A stretch of DNA of 64,000 nt. It comes from Paramecium tetraurelia. Taxonomy: Eukaryota. Of the stretch, positions 42,619-57,470 are shown piece after piece. A model generated the notes under the pieces. It searched no databases. It saw nothing but the letters and a program-made list of their open reading frames with translations, and was not told the origin of the DNA. Made by a program: the position numbers and the translations under genes. The stretch lies in NCBI GenBank assembly GCA_000165425.1, contig CT867994.1, positions 1 to 64,000 of the forward strand. Direction: 5' to 3'. The first letter of the stretch is position 1, and every line of letters starts with the position of its first letter.

Positions 42619-43299
42619 TCAAATGTGGAAATTTGCAAATTACTCCATCTCCTTTCTATATTACTCTTGCAAATATTGATCCAAATCGCTTGGACTGATT
42701 GATCCCTACATTTTGATATCACTTTCCTTAATCTCGAATCCACTTTCGCTATCATATGATGAATAGGGTAAACTGTTATCTGCTGGAGCAAATGGAGAAA
42801 CAACTCCCTTTTAATCAGGAATTGGATCCTTTTAAATTACTGGAGTAAGTTAATGTTCAACCACATCAACAGGCATTTCACTTTCAGGATCATATTGAGT
42901 ATTTTCTTTTCTTTCATTCTCTTGACTCGACATATAAGAGTCTTCGTCATTTAAATGCTATTCCTCAAGTGTTTATCTCTTCAATCTCTCATATTCTTCT
43001 TATTCTTTTCTGTCCAACTCTTCCATTTATTCTGGAGTCAATGTTTGTTCTTCATCAATTTATATTACTGCTTCCTCTTCTATTTGAACCTACTTTTACT
43101 CATGAACATTGATTTCTTAAAAGCCTTCTTATTAAACATCTTGTTCCTGATTCAATGAAACATCATCATCAATGTATTGCACCTATTTTTGAATCAAAGC
43201 TTATTTTTATCCATTCAAAATATGGCTCTTCTTTTGTCTCAAATGTTGAGCTGATTGAGCCATACATATTAGAATAACTATCAGAATCACTGTTCTCAT
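42619..43299 (-). CDS. Secreted acidic Glu/Gln-rich protein (226 aa)
   Basis: Signal peptide MRTVILIVILICMAQSA, then an intronless acidic frame ending EMEQFANFHI*. Confidence 0.8.
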
Positions 43300-44018
43300 T
43301 AAAACGGATTATTATAATATTGTTAATATTCCAAAAAAAATTAAAAATACAATCTCTATTATTCAATAAAAATGCAGTAAATTTTCATCAAACACTCATA
43401 AACTAATCCTAAAATAGACAAAATTCTAAACCCGAGTGGTTATTCATAAAATTATATGATTATCACTCATTGATGCTCAAATCTATGAGTAATTAATTAA
43501 TTTTATATATTCATTTCCAAAAGAATAAATAATATTACTAAAAAGCATAAATATAGAATCTATATTTATTAATGAGGTTAATATCTGAATTCAGTAATTT
43601 ATTTTATTATATTTGTTCTCATAATGAAGATAATATTAATTTTTATTTCAAATTTTATCAAGACTAATATAAAGGGAAATGGTATAAAATGATAATAAAA
43701 AATAAAAAAATTCTCAAAAACACCTGAAATTCATTATTATTATTATTATTTACATGAATTTGAATTTAAATATATCAATTTAATTTAACATCTTTAAAAT
43801 TTGAATCTCAAATTGTATTTATTATTTAGATAGCAGTTTAATAAATTAAAACTAGAATATATTAAATACGTAGAATTGACATACTAGTATTGCGTTAACA
43901 AGATATTTGAAATAAAAATGATGTTTTAGGAGCATTTTGGCATTGACTTTGAAGTATATTCATATAAGATAAAAGATTAGAATTATAATTTGTATTCGTT
44001 TTTAATAATAATATAAAA

Positions 44019-45247
44019 ATGAGAATATTGATTTTAGTTCTATTGAGCATGGTAGTATTTATATAGGATGTTAGGCATTATGCAAAATGGGCACAGATCC
44101 AAAGATTGTATTGGCAGAAATTGATGATCATCATATGGGGAAAACATTCTTGAATGCAATCCAAATCAGTTTGGCAACAGGCTCACCTGTACATGAGATT
44201 TAGAGCTATATAAACAATATAAGGTATATAATAGGCTTGATAGTAGATTCATGTTGGAATAAGAATAAAAGGATGCTGATCTTTATATCCAAAACACACA
44301 AGCATCATGCAATAGATTGTTGCACGATTTTTCAACTAATTTGGCCTATCATTAGAGCCAATTGAAAGCTCATTAGAAAATTGTGGAGGTTAATGTTTTA
44401 TATATAAATTAGGAAAACACAAATAATCTCTAAAGATCTCTAAACAAGATTGCAGAAGTCTCAGTTGAAATTGAGGAGAACACCAAGAAAACAAATGCAG
44501 GATAGAGCGAAAGAGATTTACAATATGCTGAATTTTAATCAAAGATTAAAGATCATACAGAAGCTATTGCTGCTATTGATGAAGCATATGCTCTAATTGA
44601 ACATTTATCTAGTGGTTCATCTTTCATTCAAGTTAAGGGAAGATTCAATAAAGTCTTATAGAGATTATAGAAGTAAAGCTCTATTGCAATTTCTTAGTTA
44701 ATCAACTGGATTATTATTCTAGCCAATTCTTACAATGATGACCTAATTATCATCAAAATCAGATTCAGACACTGCAAAGAAAGTCTTATAGTTATTGGCC
44801 AATTTGAGAGTTCAAATTGTTGAAAGTAAAGGAAATGACGAATCAATTGAGAAATAATAAAGTCTCAATTGGTAATAATTCTTATCAGATTTGACAAACG
44901 AGAAAAACACATTGTAATTATTTATATTTACATCTATAATAGATCAGATCAAAGATAGAATTTAGAATAAGCAATTTTAAATTATTAGAGTATCATTGAG
45001 GAATCTGAAGGCAAGGTTGAGTATCATGCAGCTGAGGTTGAAAGAAATTAGGTAATAAAATAATTTAAATAATAAGAGCAACTTAGAAGGATAAGATTAA
45101 TGGTGTAGATAATAATAAGACATTTATTAGATGGAAACTTAATCAAGAGTTTAGAGTTAGGATTTAATTTCAAGAATATCAGATCACATTTAAGATAAGA
45201 TAGTTACTCTTAAAGAATACTTAAGAGAAAGACTTCAGTTAAATTGA
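44019..45247 (+). CDS. Trichocyst matrix protein (TMP/GRL-type precursor)
   Basis: Signal peptide; DPKIVLAEIDDHHMGKTFLNAIQISLATGSPVHEI; helical coiled-coil body with SFIQ processing motif and paired Cys; several tiny introns. Confidence 0.85.
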
Positions 45248-45291
45248 GTATCTAATCATTCAAAAATATAAAAACCCATTTTCAAACAATT

Positions 45292-46407
45292 TCAAATATT
45301 GATAATTTATTAGAAATATCACTGACAAGAACAGTGTTATTTCCAATACTCTCTATCCAATTAGGCTTATCTTTTATTTTTGCTCTTAACACTTAAACTG
45401 ATTGATTCCAAATAGCAAATGTCTGATCATTTGAAATTGTAACTATTTTATCATTTAAATAAGTGGTTCTCATCACTTTACTTTTATGAGCATCTATGAC
45501 AAATTCAGGAATTGGTGGTTTCTTATTTTTCTTTCTTTTCAGTTGTTGTACTTTGAAACAATAGACTTGTCCAGTTTCAGTTGATATTAGAATTGAATTA
45601 TCTTTAGAAGTTGCAGAGTATATGACAGGAGGTGAAACAGTTAAAGGTGCATATTACAAATGGATTGTGCCTTTTATCAAATTAAAAATAATACTTAAAT
45701 CAAATTTGAAGAGTATCTTTGCTTGAGATGCCTATTAGAGTATTGGTTGTTCTTCAATTTAGTGCTTATATTAATAATCCCATAGAATAATTTTATAGTC
45801 GAATCCTGTAGATACATAGAGTTACTCTCCCTCATCTTGAATGAAATCTCCACTAAAACAAATCTGGATATTAGAAGTTTGATAAATACATTTTCATGTC
45901 CTTCTTTGAGAGTGGATTTAACATTGAGTTACCTATCAAAAATGGATGTACAACCACTAATAATAGAGAAGTATAATAATAATACGAGTCAAAGTTGGCA
46001 GAAATTAATTGCTATTGAGAATCAAAGGTTATTTAGTTGATTTCACTATCGTTTTCAGACTTTAAGGTACATGCTTTAACAATAATGTCTTATCTAATGT
46101 CAAACAATTGAATCTGAATAGTATATAATAAATTACTTCATTATTCCTAGCTCCATAGACTTAAGTGTCTGATAGTAAACAATTGGCAGTTTGAGAATCT
46201 TCTACTTTACCAAGATTGAATAATTTGACAGATGATTACAATCTTAGATCATATAATCTCATTGTTGAATCTTCGGATATGGTGAGGAAAAGGTTATCGT
46301 TTTGTTTGGATGCACTGATACCTGTGATTGGCTGTTGGTGAACTGGTATGAAATTCAAAAATACTATTTTTCTCTGAAAAGACAAGTGTAGATTTCTCTG
46401 TTATCAT
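45292..46407 (-). CDS. WD40-repeat protein
   Basis: VHQQPITGI...TISEDSTMRLYDLR, GHENVFI, STGFDYKIILWD, AHKSKV...TISNDQTFAIWN. Start uncertain. Confidence 0.8.
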
Positions 46408-46538
46408 GAATTTAATAATTATGTTAAATAATATAATTTTAAATTTTAATGGTATATTAAAAAATAAATAGATGTGATTCTACTTGAAAATAGGTTGATA
46501 TATAATTAATATTGATGAGAGGAGTATTAATATATAAT

Positions 46539-47235
46539 TCAAAAACTGCATTATTATTTCTAACTTTAAATAAGTTTGATAACACTGCTTTGTTGTAAAT
46601 ATATCTATGGATTGATTTGCTTAAATTTCCTATGCTATATTTTGGCATATTTTAAATAGCAAGGCTAAATAAGATAATGAAATTAGGTTACTTTATTTTA
46701 TGGATTGGTCTTCCATTTTCTGCCATTGAAATAATTATAGAAGTCTTTAAGGTATGACTTTGATTTGAGATTGATAAATGCATAACCAGGATTAACAGTA
46801 CCATCAAATGGTAAATTGATATAATCAAATTTATTTTTGAATTTTGAATCAATTTCCATAATCAGCATTTCTTTAGTATAGTTCTATGGAATGTTTCTCA
46901 TCATCAGGGTTGTTCTATTGTCTCCTTCAATCTATTATTGGTTTGATTACTTACATTAGTGATGTTGAAATCAAAAGATTGCTCACTCTCCTCTGATTTA
47001 TCAAATACTCCTTGAATGAATTGCAATTATTCAGAATGTATGGGTGTTTGATTGCTGCTTATAAATATTTGAGACTCTAAGTCTAATCATCAAAGTTGTT
47101 ACCATATGCTTCGAACGTGGTATTCAGAAAGTCATCAGATGTAGAGGAATCATCACTCTAATGTCCATCACTATCCTTTTGATTGAACTCATCTATCTCC
47201 TTAAACAATGACAATTTGTAAAGTTTTCTCTTCAT
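46539..47235 (-). CDS. Mei2-like C-terminal RRM (RRM_2) RNA-binding protein
   Basis: DNRTTLMMRNIPQNYTKEML...FDYINLPFDGTVNPGYAFINL...RYAKIQ; two tiny introns restore the frame. Confidence 0.88.
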
Positions 47236-47425
47236 AATTTAAATTAATTAACTACTTATTAATAATAAAACATTTAAATTATTTTTTTAACTATTATCAA
47301 TTTCATGTAAAATAATAGTCATATTTTAAATATCCATATTGGAATGAGGAAACATAACTACACATCTGCTTTAGAACACAATAAGAAAATAATATTATTA
47401 TTATTTATTATAATTAATTATATAA

Positions 47426-49713
47426 ATGAATTGCGAGCGTCGTTCATTATTGGAAGTTGATAATAAATAATAAGAGTAGATGAAATAGAATCAAACTCAA
47501 ACCCAATAAAAATTGAACCTTATACAAGAACCTAATATACAAACTTAAGAAGAGAATCCATCCAATAAATTGAAAGACATTCACAAAGAATATCGCAAAA
47601 ACCAAGCATTTAGTAACTTTATCAAATGTCATGTCCCACTATTCTCTTAAGTGGAGAAGGGAGTAACTGTCAAAATGATCAACCATAACATTGAAGCATA
47701 AAATTCAGATGCTAATAAATTAGGTAAAGTGAAAACTGTGCAATTCAACCTACAAAATAATTATCTCCATTCAATTGTAAAGCATCCTAGTGAATATCTA
47801 ACTTTGAATGAGAAGTTTAATTTACAAAGAAGTATTCAACAATATGCAATGCAAAATAGATTTGATTCTACTTCAGAAGAAGAAGATGATGATGTCGAGG
47901 ATTAACACTCTGTGATTGAAATAGTAGTCAAAGAATTAACCTAACAACCAAAGAGCATTTTGAAGAAATAGCCTAAGGAATTTAAACATGAAACAGACGA
48001 TGATGAAGATTATTATTAAAACAAAGGCTTGAGTTTTAAAGAAATAAGAAACCTAGAGAAGAAAGTTAAAGAACATGATTATGGTGTAGGGTTGGAATTA
48101 CTCTAAAAATTAGGATTCAAATATGGTGAAGGTTTAGGAATTAATAGACAAGGCATTCTAGAACCTGTAATTCCTGTAAAAAAATAAGTATTTACAGGTA
48201 CCTAATCAAATCAAAATAAGGCAAATGAGGAAGATTAAGTTTGGTTGTATGATCAACCTTATGAGACTAAAAATACAAAAAAGGCAGATAAAATATGGAG
48301 AAAAAGAAACTAGACAGACAATTAGCAAAATTCTTCATCATCATATTAATTAAATTCTAAAGACAATATTATTCAAGAATATTTAGATGAAGTTAAAGAA
48401 TTGGCGTAGTCAGTCTAACATTTATTATTTAATAAATTAAGTAAATATGAAATCACTGAATAAATCATATAGTAAAAAAGAGATTAAACTATTAAATTAG
48501 AGATTGAAAAGGAAAAGATACTCAGCAATTTGGAAAAGCAAAAAGAAAGCATAAGAAAAAAGGAATCATTTTAAAAATATCTTCTCTTTTTTTAAGATGA
48601 TGAAGTCTAAATATCTAATGAACCTTTTCCACTATATGAAAAATTTCTAGAATGCTTTATCAAACATCCTGATATGTTCATTTAATTCAACCTGATTGAT
48701 GTGTTGATTAAACAAGGAGTAGAGGATATCACAGAAAATACTAGAAATTGGGAAGGACCACATACAGACATACTTGAAAATGAATTTAAATACATCAATA
48801 AAATTGTGTATTTAGGAAAAGATGTTTTTATTTAATAATAATAAATGGCTACTACTTCAAATAGTAAAGATTAAAAAATTCTGATTATTGATAATGTAAT
48901 TTCAGAAAACGATTTCCTAAACTTAGAGACTATTGTTGATATACTAGTTAATCCTATAAAGTAAAAATTGATCAATTATATACATACCAAATATGATCCA
49001 TGTTCAGATAATTTATTATTAGAAATGCTTAAGTTGTGGACCACTGACATCTAATCAATAGAAATTGAAGAATTTCAAGGTTAAAAAGTGGAACAACTTA
49101 AATTATTTAATGCCAGAATTATTGAAAATATCAGTAATCTACTTGTTCCAAAATTACTATAAACAATTTCTAATTGGAGTATTAATGACTCCTTTTAACT
49201 TCACAAAATTATACTTCCATGGATGTCTTCACGATTTAATAACTAAGAATTATCAGATCTATTGATTGAAAAACTACTATCTATTGATTTAGACAATTAA
49301 CCTGATTTCGGATTAAGTGTTCTATCTCCATGGTCTAAACTTCGTGATATCTAATGGAATCAGATTCTTGAAAAATAAGTAATACCAAAAATGATTAGTT
49401 ATATGTCAAGTTTAGATGCTACTAATTTTGATGATATCAAGAGAATTCTTCAGCATTTTGAACACATTCAAGATTACGCTGAGACTCTATTTGAACCTCT
49501 AATGGAGAAAATAAAATAACATGTAAGTTTGAGAATGGAAGAAAATGTGAGTTGCAGAGATCCAGGAATTCATCAATCAATTTTGGAGTATGATATTAAG
49601 TTATATTATTTAGGTGGCTGAATGGTTGGGAATTGATTCTCTAAGATTAGGTATTGAGTAAGTCCAATCTTCTGTCTGCAAAATTTAAATTGATCAAAGA
49701 GAAGTTAATTTGA
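47426..49713 (+). CDS. G-patch protein, TFIP11/Ntr1-like spliceosome disassembly factor
   Basis: G-patch GVGLELLQKLGFKYGEGLGINRQGILEPV, followed by a coiled coil and a GCFC-like helical region (IILPW, LSPWSK). Confidence 0.75.
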
Positions 49714-49784
49714 TGATCATTTACTAATTAAATTATAAATTACTGAAGTTCTGATATTATATCATAAAATATATATAAAAGTAA

Positions 49785-50099
49785 TCAATCTGATTGAATC
49801 TCAAATTCCTTGAAGCATGATTTCCTTTTATTTTACAAATTTGAGTAACATAAAGATGGATTTAAATAATAAGGCTCCAAATGCTTTTATTATATTTGAG
49901 CTTTTAGTCTTGACCTGAAATTGAATATTTCTTCATCTTAGTAATGTAAAAATATAATAGAGGAATCTGCAAAACTTACTTTTCTCTCTCCATGCTATTA
50001 CATTAAATCTATCTAATCTTCATCATCGGTTAAACTAAACTAATCCATTTTTTATTGCATTAATTCAAACTTAATTTTGGGACCTCTGCATGTAGTCAT
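49785..50099 (-). CDS. Small protein (104 aa) with RVxF-type motif
   Basis: Intronless MTTCRGPKIKFELMQ...ERKVSFADS...KRKSCFKEFEIQSD*. Confidence 0.7.
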
Positions 50100-50966
50100 A
50101 TTTTATAAAAGATAAAAAATTTTAATTTGAAACAATATTATATATTATAATATTCTCTATTATTAAATAGAAATTTAAGAGAAATCTCCATTTAGAGTGC
50201 TACCATTTAATCATCAAGAGTTGATCAAAATTAATTATAAAATATACTATTTTAATTTTGAGTTTAAGAGATAGCGTAATATTATTTGGATTCATATTTA
50301 TAATTGAATTTTCAAATAATAATTATTATAATAATAATATATATTTTTATATTATTTTAAATAATTAAATGCCAATAATATTATTCAAACTGAAATTTAA
50401 AAATAATGGTTAATCTTCAATTTATTGACTTATAATTACATAATAAACCCTATGCTTCTATTTCAGATAGTTGGACAATCTCTAAATAAATACGTCAGCA
50501 AATATTTAATATTGACTGGTTATTAAAGTTATTTTTCATTAAATGAATATAAATTCATTTAAAATACATCTCTGATGACCTCATTCGATTAATTATTTAG
50601 TAAAAACAGAAATATTATGAAAAGGAGATTCACCAACTGATTAGTCAACAATGAGGAGATGATAAGAGACCAATTGGATTTATACTGTAAATAAATTAAT
50701 ATAGATAAGTATTCAAATAAAGATTATTAGGATATAGGCTATATTAACGTTGATATATAAATTTTGATATGTCCTCTAGTGTGTATAATTAGTGCCAAAT
50801 TTATAAGATTTAAGAATAATAGAAATTATTAATTCATATATTATGATTATATAGCGAGTCTTTTTTTAGATATTGCTGATAATATCTCCTAATTTTTGAT
50901 TAATTTATGACTTTAAAATGCAATTCAAGATTTTAGATAAACAATATTAATCTTAAAATATTCAAA

Positions 50967-51968
50967 ATGAACTCTTCGCAAAGCTCATTTACAGATCTTA
51001 ATGATTGGGCTTTAATTTACTAGAATCTCTAAAAAATCCAACCAGAACAATTATCTTCAAAGCTCAATTTACTTTTCAAAAATCTACCCGACTTTAATGA
51101 CTTTATTAAACTTTATGAGTGTTGTAAAATAGACACAGGAGATCTTTGGAATCAAAATGAGGAACTGTTATTACAGTTAATAGTTTTGAGTCTCAATCCA
51201 AAATGTATGAAGGTAGTAGAAATTAAAAATTTAGAATCGATTCAATTGGGAGAGAGTGCAAAGGATGATGCCTAAATTTTGGAGTCTGCCAGAATTGTAC
51301 TTTAAATTCTAATCTTTCTATAAACCACTTTTCCCAAGATAACCATGGTCAACCTTCGAAGAAAGAACGCTTTTACAGATTATTTTGTATATAAATCTCA
51401 TTCACATTAGAAACAATTCTAGTCGCTGCAAAATGAAATGGAGTACTATCGCATATTAATACAATCGCACTTGCAAGTCTGAGATATAAAGAAATGCGAA
51501 ACAATGTCGAGAACGATGGAATAATAAGTTGGATCCACAAATTAATAGGTAATCATATTCATAAAACATTACAGAGATCCATGGTCGAAGTCTGAAGAGT
51601 TAAACTTTCTACAATTGCTCCTTCAGAATGGACGTAAATGGACTGAAATATCAATGAAATTGTCTATGATTACTAATTAAAGAAGAAGAACCGAATTTGC
51701 TTTGAAACATAAATTCAAACAACTTAAGAAATACTATGGTAGATGATTAGTATATTTTTAAGGTTTGAGAGCCAAAAGGTTGTGTGATTTAAAAGTAAGT
51801 CCACATTGGAATATTTAGGAGGCTGACATGATTTCATACAAAATAGAGCTGCTTGAGGAGATCACTAAAAAGGGTCAGACTCAAAAATATTCTTTTTGTG
51901 AATTTTGGAGTTTTGATCATGAGTAGTGCTTAGTCTTCATAAAAAATGGTAGTCTGATGTAATTGTGA
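50967..51968 (+). CDS. Two-repeat Myb DNA-binding protein (paralog 1)
   Basis: QPWSTFEE...AKQCRERWNNKLDPQINRDPWSKSEE...NGRKWTEIS...RRTEFALKHKF. Possible upstream ATG at 50907. Confidence 0.85.
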
Positions 51969-52094
51969 TATCTGGGCAATAACATATTTATTATTTAAAA
52001 TGAATTAAAAAATTTGAAAGATATTCAAGTTTCTGGGTTTTATATTCTCGCATTGCATAGCGATAAATTACATTATTGAAATATTATTTGGAAT

Positions 52095-53198
52095 ATGAAC
52101 TTCCTCCATATTCAATCTTCTTAACTATCGACTGATGAATCATCTCACCCCTTAAATTCCAAATTAAACTTTGCGCAAATTCAAGCCGTAGATTTAAAAC
52201 CATACAAGAAAAAATGGAGGCTACTTTTTCATCATGTTCCAAGTGCCAAAATTATAGAATCTATTTACTATGATATATAAGGTCAATCTGTTGACGACCG
52301 CGAGAGCAAAGAGGTTATCTTATTGCAATTCATTTTGTTGAATATGCAAGCTCCTTTCGACTTGAAATTGGTAATTTAAACGTAATTAGTCTTAGAATGA
52401 AGATAAATGGATTCATATTAGTGAACTGATGCCAACCCATAAATCTCCTAAAGAGTGGGCTTAAATTTGCCAAAAGTTTGTTCACCAATCCGCATACAAC
52501 AACCCATGGTCTGAGAGTGAAGATTAATTGCTTTTAGAGATTATTTTGTAATGAAATTATACTCATTTTAGACAATACCAGAGGATGAGGAAGGGAAACA
52601 AATGGAGCAAAATTGCACGAGAACTAAATGAACGGAGTCTCAATAAGTGTATTCGCACACCCAAATAATGTAGAGAACGTTGGGGGAACAAGTTAGATCC
52701 ATCCATAAATCGGTATGATTTTGAATTCATAATTTTAGTGATGAATGGACTGACGTCGAGGATCTACATCTTCTCTAACTTCTCTTGCAACTTGGACGAA
52801 GATGGGCTGATTTATCTATTCAATTATCACCATTTACCAACAATAAAAAAAGAACTGAATTTTCTTTAAAACATAGATTTAAAAAATTGATATCCAATTC
52901 AAATTGCATTGGTATTATTGTAATTTTATCAATTCTAGAATCCAATTCAATCAGAAGAACCAATTATTAAATTTCCTCCGATTGGGACAAGAAGGAAATC
53001 AATAAATTACTTTGTAAGATTTCTCAATTAGAAATGTACATCAATAAAGGAGAGGTTGACAACTTCTATTATCACCCTCTAACGAAGCAAATCCTACTCA
53101 ATGAGTCAAACAAGATTGTTATCATAAAAGGGAGATCCAAAGTAGAATTGGATTTGTCAATTCTTTTTAATTCGACAAATTCAGAATCAAAAGATTGA
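52095..53198 (+). CDS. Two-repeat Myb DNA-binding protein (paralog 2)
   Basis: QPWSESED...NKWSKIAREL...RTPKQCRERWGNKLDPSINRDEWTDVED...GRRWADLS...RTEFSLKHRF. Confidence 0.9.
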
Positions 53199-53257
53199 AA
53201 AATTGAATAGTATTCATCATAAATATTAAATTTATTATCTAATTTTTGATATTCTAA

Positions 53258-54082
53258 TCACCTCCTTTTTGAACCTACTTTATTTTGTTTCTCCTCTGAT
53301 TATTCGAATGTTAAATAGAGGGAAATCCCAGAAATCAACAAGCAACAAGTTACCACGCAGGCAGCTCCAAACAAATACACATAAGAATAAGTTTAGGTTT
53401 AATCTTTTGCATCGACTGCCTTGCAAATCAAGTTAGATTCCGCACATTAGATTTATCCCAATTTATTTTTTATGAAATTCCCAAATACATATAGGCTTGA
53501 TCCAAACTATTTCTATAAAAAAATCTTATACTGCTATTCCTTCCTCTGTAACTTTCACACTAAATGCTTCCTTAACATTTTCAATTTATGAATCATTTTC
53601 TGAGGGTGGCAATACTTTTTAGAATAATGAAGCCACAAAGGAATCTTTGTTAGTTACGTGGATCAGAACATTATGATTATTTTGATCCTTCAAATTAAAT
53701 GCTTTGACCCATTAAGTCTGAATAATGTCTTTGTTGTATTCGTGTAGTGTTCCTTTGACGCAAATAAATTTCTATATTTTGTTGACTTTTGAATGCACAT
53801 AGGATGTTGGGGTTAACTGTCTTTGGATAGATTAAGATTTTACTCAGAAGTGCCAATGAAAGAGATGTCATTGACTTAGACTAAGGGTCCTTCTTTGCCC
53901 TCCTTATTCAAAGCATCAATCAAATATTAATAATCAGATTTTCCGCCATCTGCCAATCTTTTTGATTCCTTTTTGAACTTTAAGTAATTAGTATAGAGTC
54001 TTTTATAGATCACATATCCTCCTGTTAATAATAGAGCATTTGCTAGTACCACTCCAGTCTTTATTAGTCCTTAAACACTCAT
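53258..54082 (-). CDS. Membrane protein with N- and C-terminal TM helices
   Basis: MSVQGLIKTGVVLANALLLTGGYVIYKRL... and C-terminal YVFGAACVVTCCLLISGISLYL. The topology resembles MUL1/GIDE proteins, but no RING is present; family uncertain. Confidence 0.65.
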
Positions 54083-54216
54083 TATTCTTATTATTATTAA
54101 TCCAATAATCAAAGATTCTGTATTATAAATTAGCAAATTATAATACCGAATGTAAATCAATAACATATAGCAATGATTGCTTAATTAGAACAATTATTAT
54201 TTTAAGTATTATATTT

Positions 54217-55236
54217 ATGGAATCTTCATTAAAAACCTCAAGCAGAAGCAAGAAAGCCTTGAATAAAGCACTTTCAAAAAATTATGCCACTAAAAGTAAG
54301 AATTTCAAATGAGCTAGTCATTGATCTGCTCTCAACTCAAACTTAGCTCTGTCTCTTTGGTTCAATTGGTAAGAGCGACTCTCCCACCAGTCGAATGAGG
54401 ATTCTAAGAAGCCTGAGAATACGAACTCAAGAGGATTAATAAAATAGAGTAAGTAAAAGCTTCGATCTAAAAATTGTTCGTCACACAAGATAATAGCAGA
54501 GACGCAAGAGTGGTATTGAGCCATTGTCTGAGAAACAAGTATCCATCTCGATTGATTATGTTCTTAGATGCATCTTGATTGTTTGTATCCGAAGACTCAG
54601 GTGTCGTAATAGCAAATACTATTAAATGAGATTTAGAAGACGAAGGAGCGAAAGAAAACCATTTTCAAACGCATGTCGAGTATCTTAATCAAACATCAGA
54701 CAACGCTTCGTACCATTGGCAATCAGAACAGCACTAATAACCAAAGGAACAGTGAGTTGCAATTATTCATGCTTCAAGAATCCCAATAGCCAATTGATGA
54801 ACCTGTCCTTTTGCAATCTCAGGAAGTGAAAAAGACGAAGCTTCGACAATTGGTAATAGACTCAGAACTCCCGAAGGTAGTCTTAAATATATCTCGAAAA
54901 TGCAAGAAACCCTTTGCTTCGATTCAGAGTTATGTGAATCAAAAAACAGAGAAGCACCAATCTTAAAAAGATTTGGGAAGCAGCAACCCCTTTCTAAGTT
55001 ATACATCTTGTCAAAGTCTTACAGAGATGAACACTTAATTTCATTCTAATTCTCCTTAGACTTAGAGAAAATTAGTATCTTTGAAAGCAGCTTGTCCTCT
55101 TCCAGAAATCAAGTTGATCTCTTCTGCTCGCAATTATACCAATACAAATGATATCAATTTTCTAAAGCAAAAGTGTAAGAATAGTATTTATTGTGCAGAT
55201 TCACATAGAAAGAGGAGGATTGAGACTAAAGTATGA
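54217..55236 (+). CDS. Hypothetical basic/Ser-rich protein
   Basis: MESSLKTSSRSKKALNK...SHRKRRIETKV*; higher-GC coding-like sequence with tiny introns. Confidence 0.65.
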
Positions 55237-55334
55237 TAAAATTTAATTAAAATTTTCATTTTTTTCATGTTAATTATTGATTTTGTGATTACCTAAAATA
55301 TTGTTTAAAATAAAAGAATAAATAAATAATAAAA

Positions 55335-57447
55335 ATGAATCCCTACAAGTATCAATCTTGTGACCTGCCAGATCATGATGCTGAGTACCTCAATATGGTG
55401 TGCATAGATGAGAAATGCAACAAGCGACAAATGTTGTGTTGCTATTGCTAATCGGAGCATCAAAAATGCAAGACCATCCCTCTGAGAAAGTTCACCAAAC
55501 AATTTCAGGATCAACTAAATCAACTTACCTAGGAGACTTCCAAAGTAAAATACACTGAGTACTTTGATTCTCTCATTATTTTAGTCTGATACTATACTTT
55601 GATTAAATTGAAGCCACATTAGAATAGTCTCAGAAATTAATTAATGAAATATTCAATAAAACAAAATCAGCCATTCATGAGTACTTTTTCATCCATATCG
55701 ATTTAGTGCCAAGAACTCAATATAATAAATGACTACTTCTGATGCCTAACCATAGAGTCAAGGCTGCATCCTACAAAAGTTCGAATCAGAACCATCCAAA
55801 GAAAACTTCTGTAAACTCCTGATTGAAATTGAGTCCTTCAAACCCAATTCTGATAAGTACTCATTTACACTCAAGAAAAATGCATCCAAATAATTGCCTC
55901 AATCTACTGAAAGTGTTGCAAATGGGAAGATCTATGCTTAACAATACTAAAGTGCAGCCAACACATTTACTGAATAATTCTTAAATCTCCATGAAGTTCT
56001 AAAGAGGAATATCACTAACTTTTTTACAAGTGCTCCCACCAGAGTAACAGAACCAGACAATGATGGCAAACGCTTTGATAAATTCAAGTCTGACAACATC
56101 TTTACACAAGTCTCTCATCCCAATCAATAATAATAACAACAACCTAAATCAATCATCTCAATCGAAGATGATATAGATCCTCCTAAACCAAACAAAGAAT
56201 AGAAACCAAGTTAAAAAAAGAAACAGAATGATGTTGTCTCTCTGCCCTCCGAAGAGGATGGATGCACTCTAAGTTAATTCAAGCAATATCTGGACAAATC
56301 AACCGCCAATAAAAAGGAATAAGGCAACAAATAAAATACTAATCCAATCCCACAATAAAAGTAATAATAGTAGGAAGTGATACAACCAAAATAACCTGAA
56401 ATACCTAACAATAAAGGTAATCATTTAGTAATACACCACTAGCATTGTCTTAAGATGACAATATTGGTGAGGGTGAGACTATCCTGAATGTTTAGGAATC
56501 TAAGGAATTTCAATTTATGTTTGAAGGCTAGGAGATTACCAAGTTGATCTATTTGAATAAGAATCTGATTGGAGGAATAGGTGGAACCAAGTGCATGATC
56601 TTTGATGTTTCACCTAAGGATTAGGAAAGACCGATAAGAATTCAAACACTCCAATATGATGTAGAATTTACTGACATAGCCTATTTGGAAATGGATGAAG
56701 AGAATGGATAACTCTATTTGGCTACGAAGAAAGGCAATATGCTTACATATATAAAAGAAGGAGTTAAGAATATATCATTTAGACAGACTTACAGTTCGAC
56801 TCACAGTTTGGATAAGCCTGGAAACTTGTTTCTTTAGGTGAGTGCAGTAGATAAGTGTTTATACAGTGTAGGTGATGAGAAGACTATCAAGATTTGGTCA
56901 ATGAAGACAATGAAGGAGTTGAAAAGAGTAGCAATACAGGATCTACCAACTGCCTTTCACTTAGACTACAAGATTGCCTTCGTTGGAGGAAGCAACTTCA
57001 TTTAAATCTGGGAGCCAACCACGGGAGTTGTTACTCATATGAAAGGGTTGGATTCTAAGGTCACTAAAATATTGACAAATGACTAGAAGATGTTTGTGAG
57101 TATGATGCTCAAAATTAAGATCTATGATAAAGTTGGATTGGGAGAGTATCATCTATCCAAAGAAGTCACCTTTGGATAAATCTTTTCTATGCAATTATTG
57201 AAGACATGGCCGATGCTTGTAATCTCATACATGGAGGTATCATCATATCATAATGTGTTAGAAATCAGTTGGCAAAGTCAGCTTGTATAATTATGTTGAT
57301 GAATTGCAACCTGAAACTCTTGTGGATAGATTGGCATTGAGTTGTGCTGTGAAAGAGCAGGAGAGAGTTAATTATTTGGCATTTGGATTGAGTAATGGAA
57401 TATGCTTAATATATAAGATGGAATAGACATTTTAGTAGTCACAATGA
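55335..57447 (+). CDS. N-terminal Cys/His Zn-finger (B-box-like) + coiled coil + C-terminal WD40-like propeller
   Basis: CDLPDHDAEYLNMVCIDEKCNKRQMLCCYCQSEHQKC; WD-like SVGDEKTIKIWS and LQIWEPTTG. Confidence 0.78.
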
Positions 57448-57470
57448 TTTATGAATTAAATTATGATACA

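Noticed and set aside
43169..43366. ORF-track 65-aa minus ORF
   Set aside because: It is the wrong frame of the secreted acidic protein that starts at 43299.
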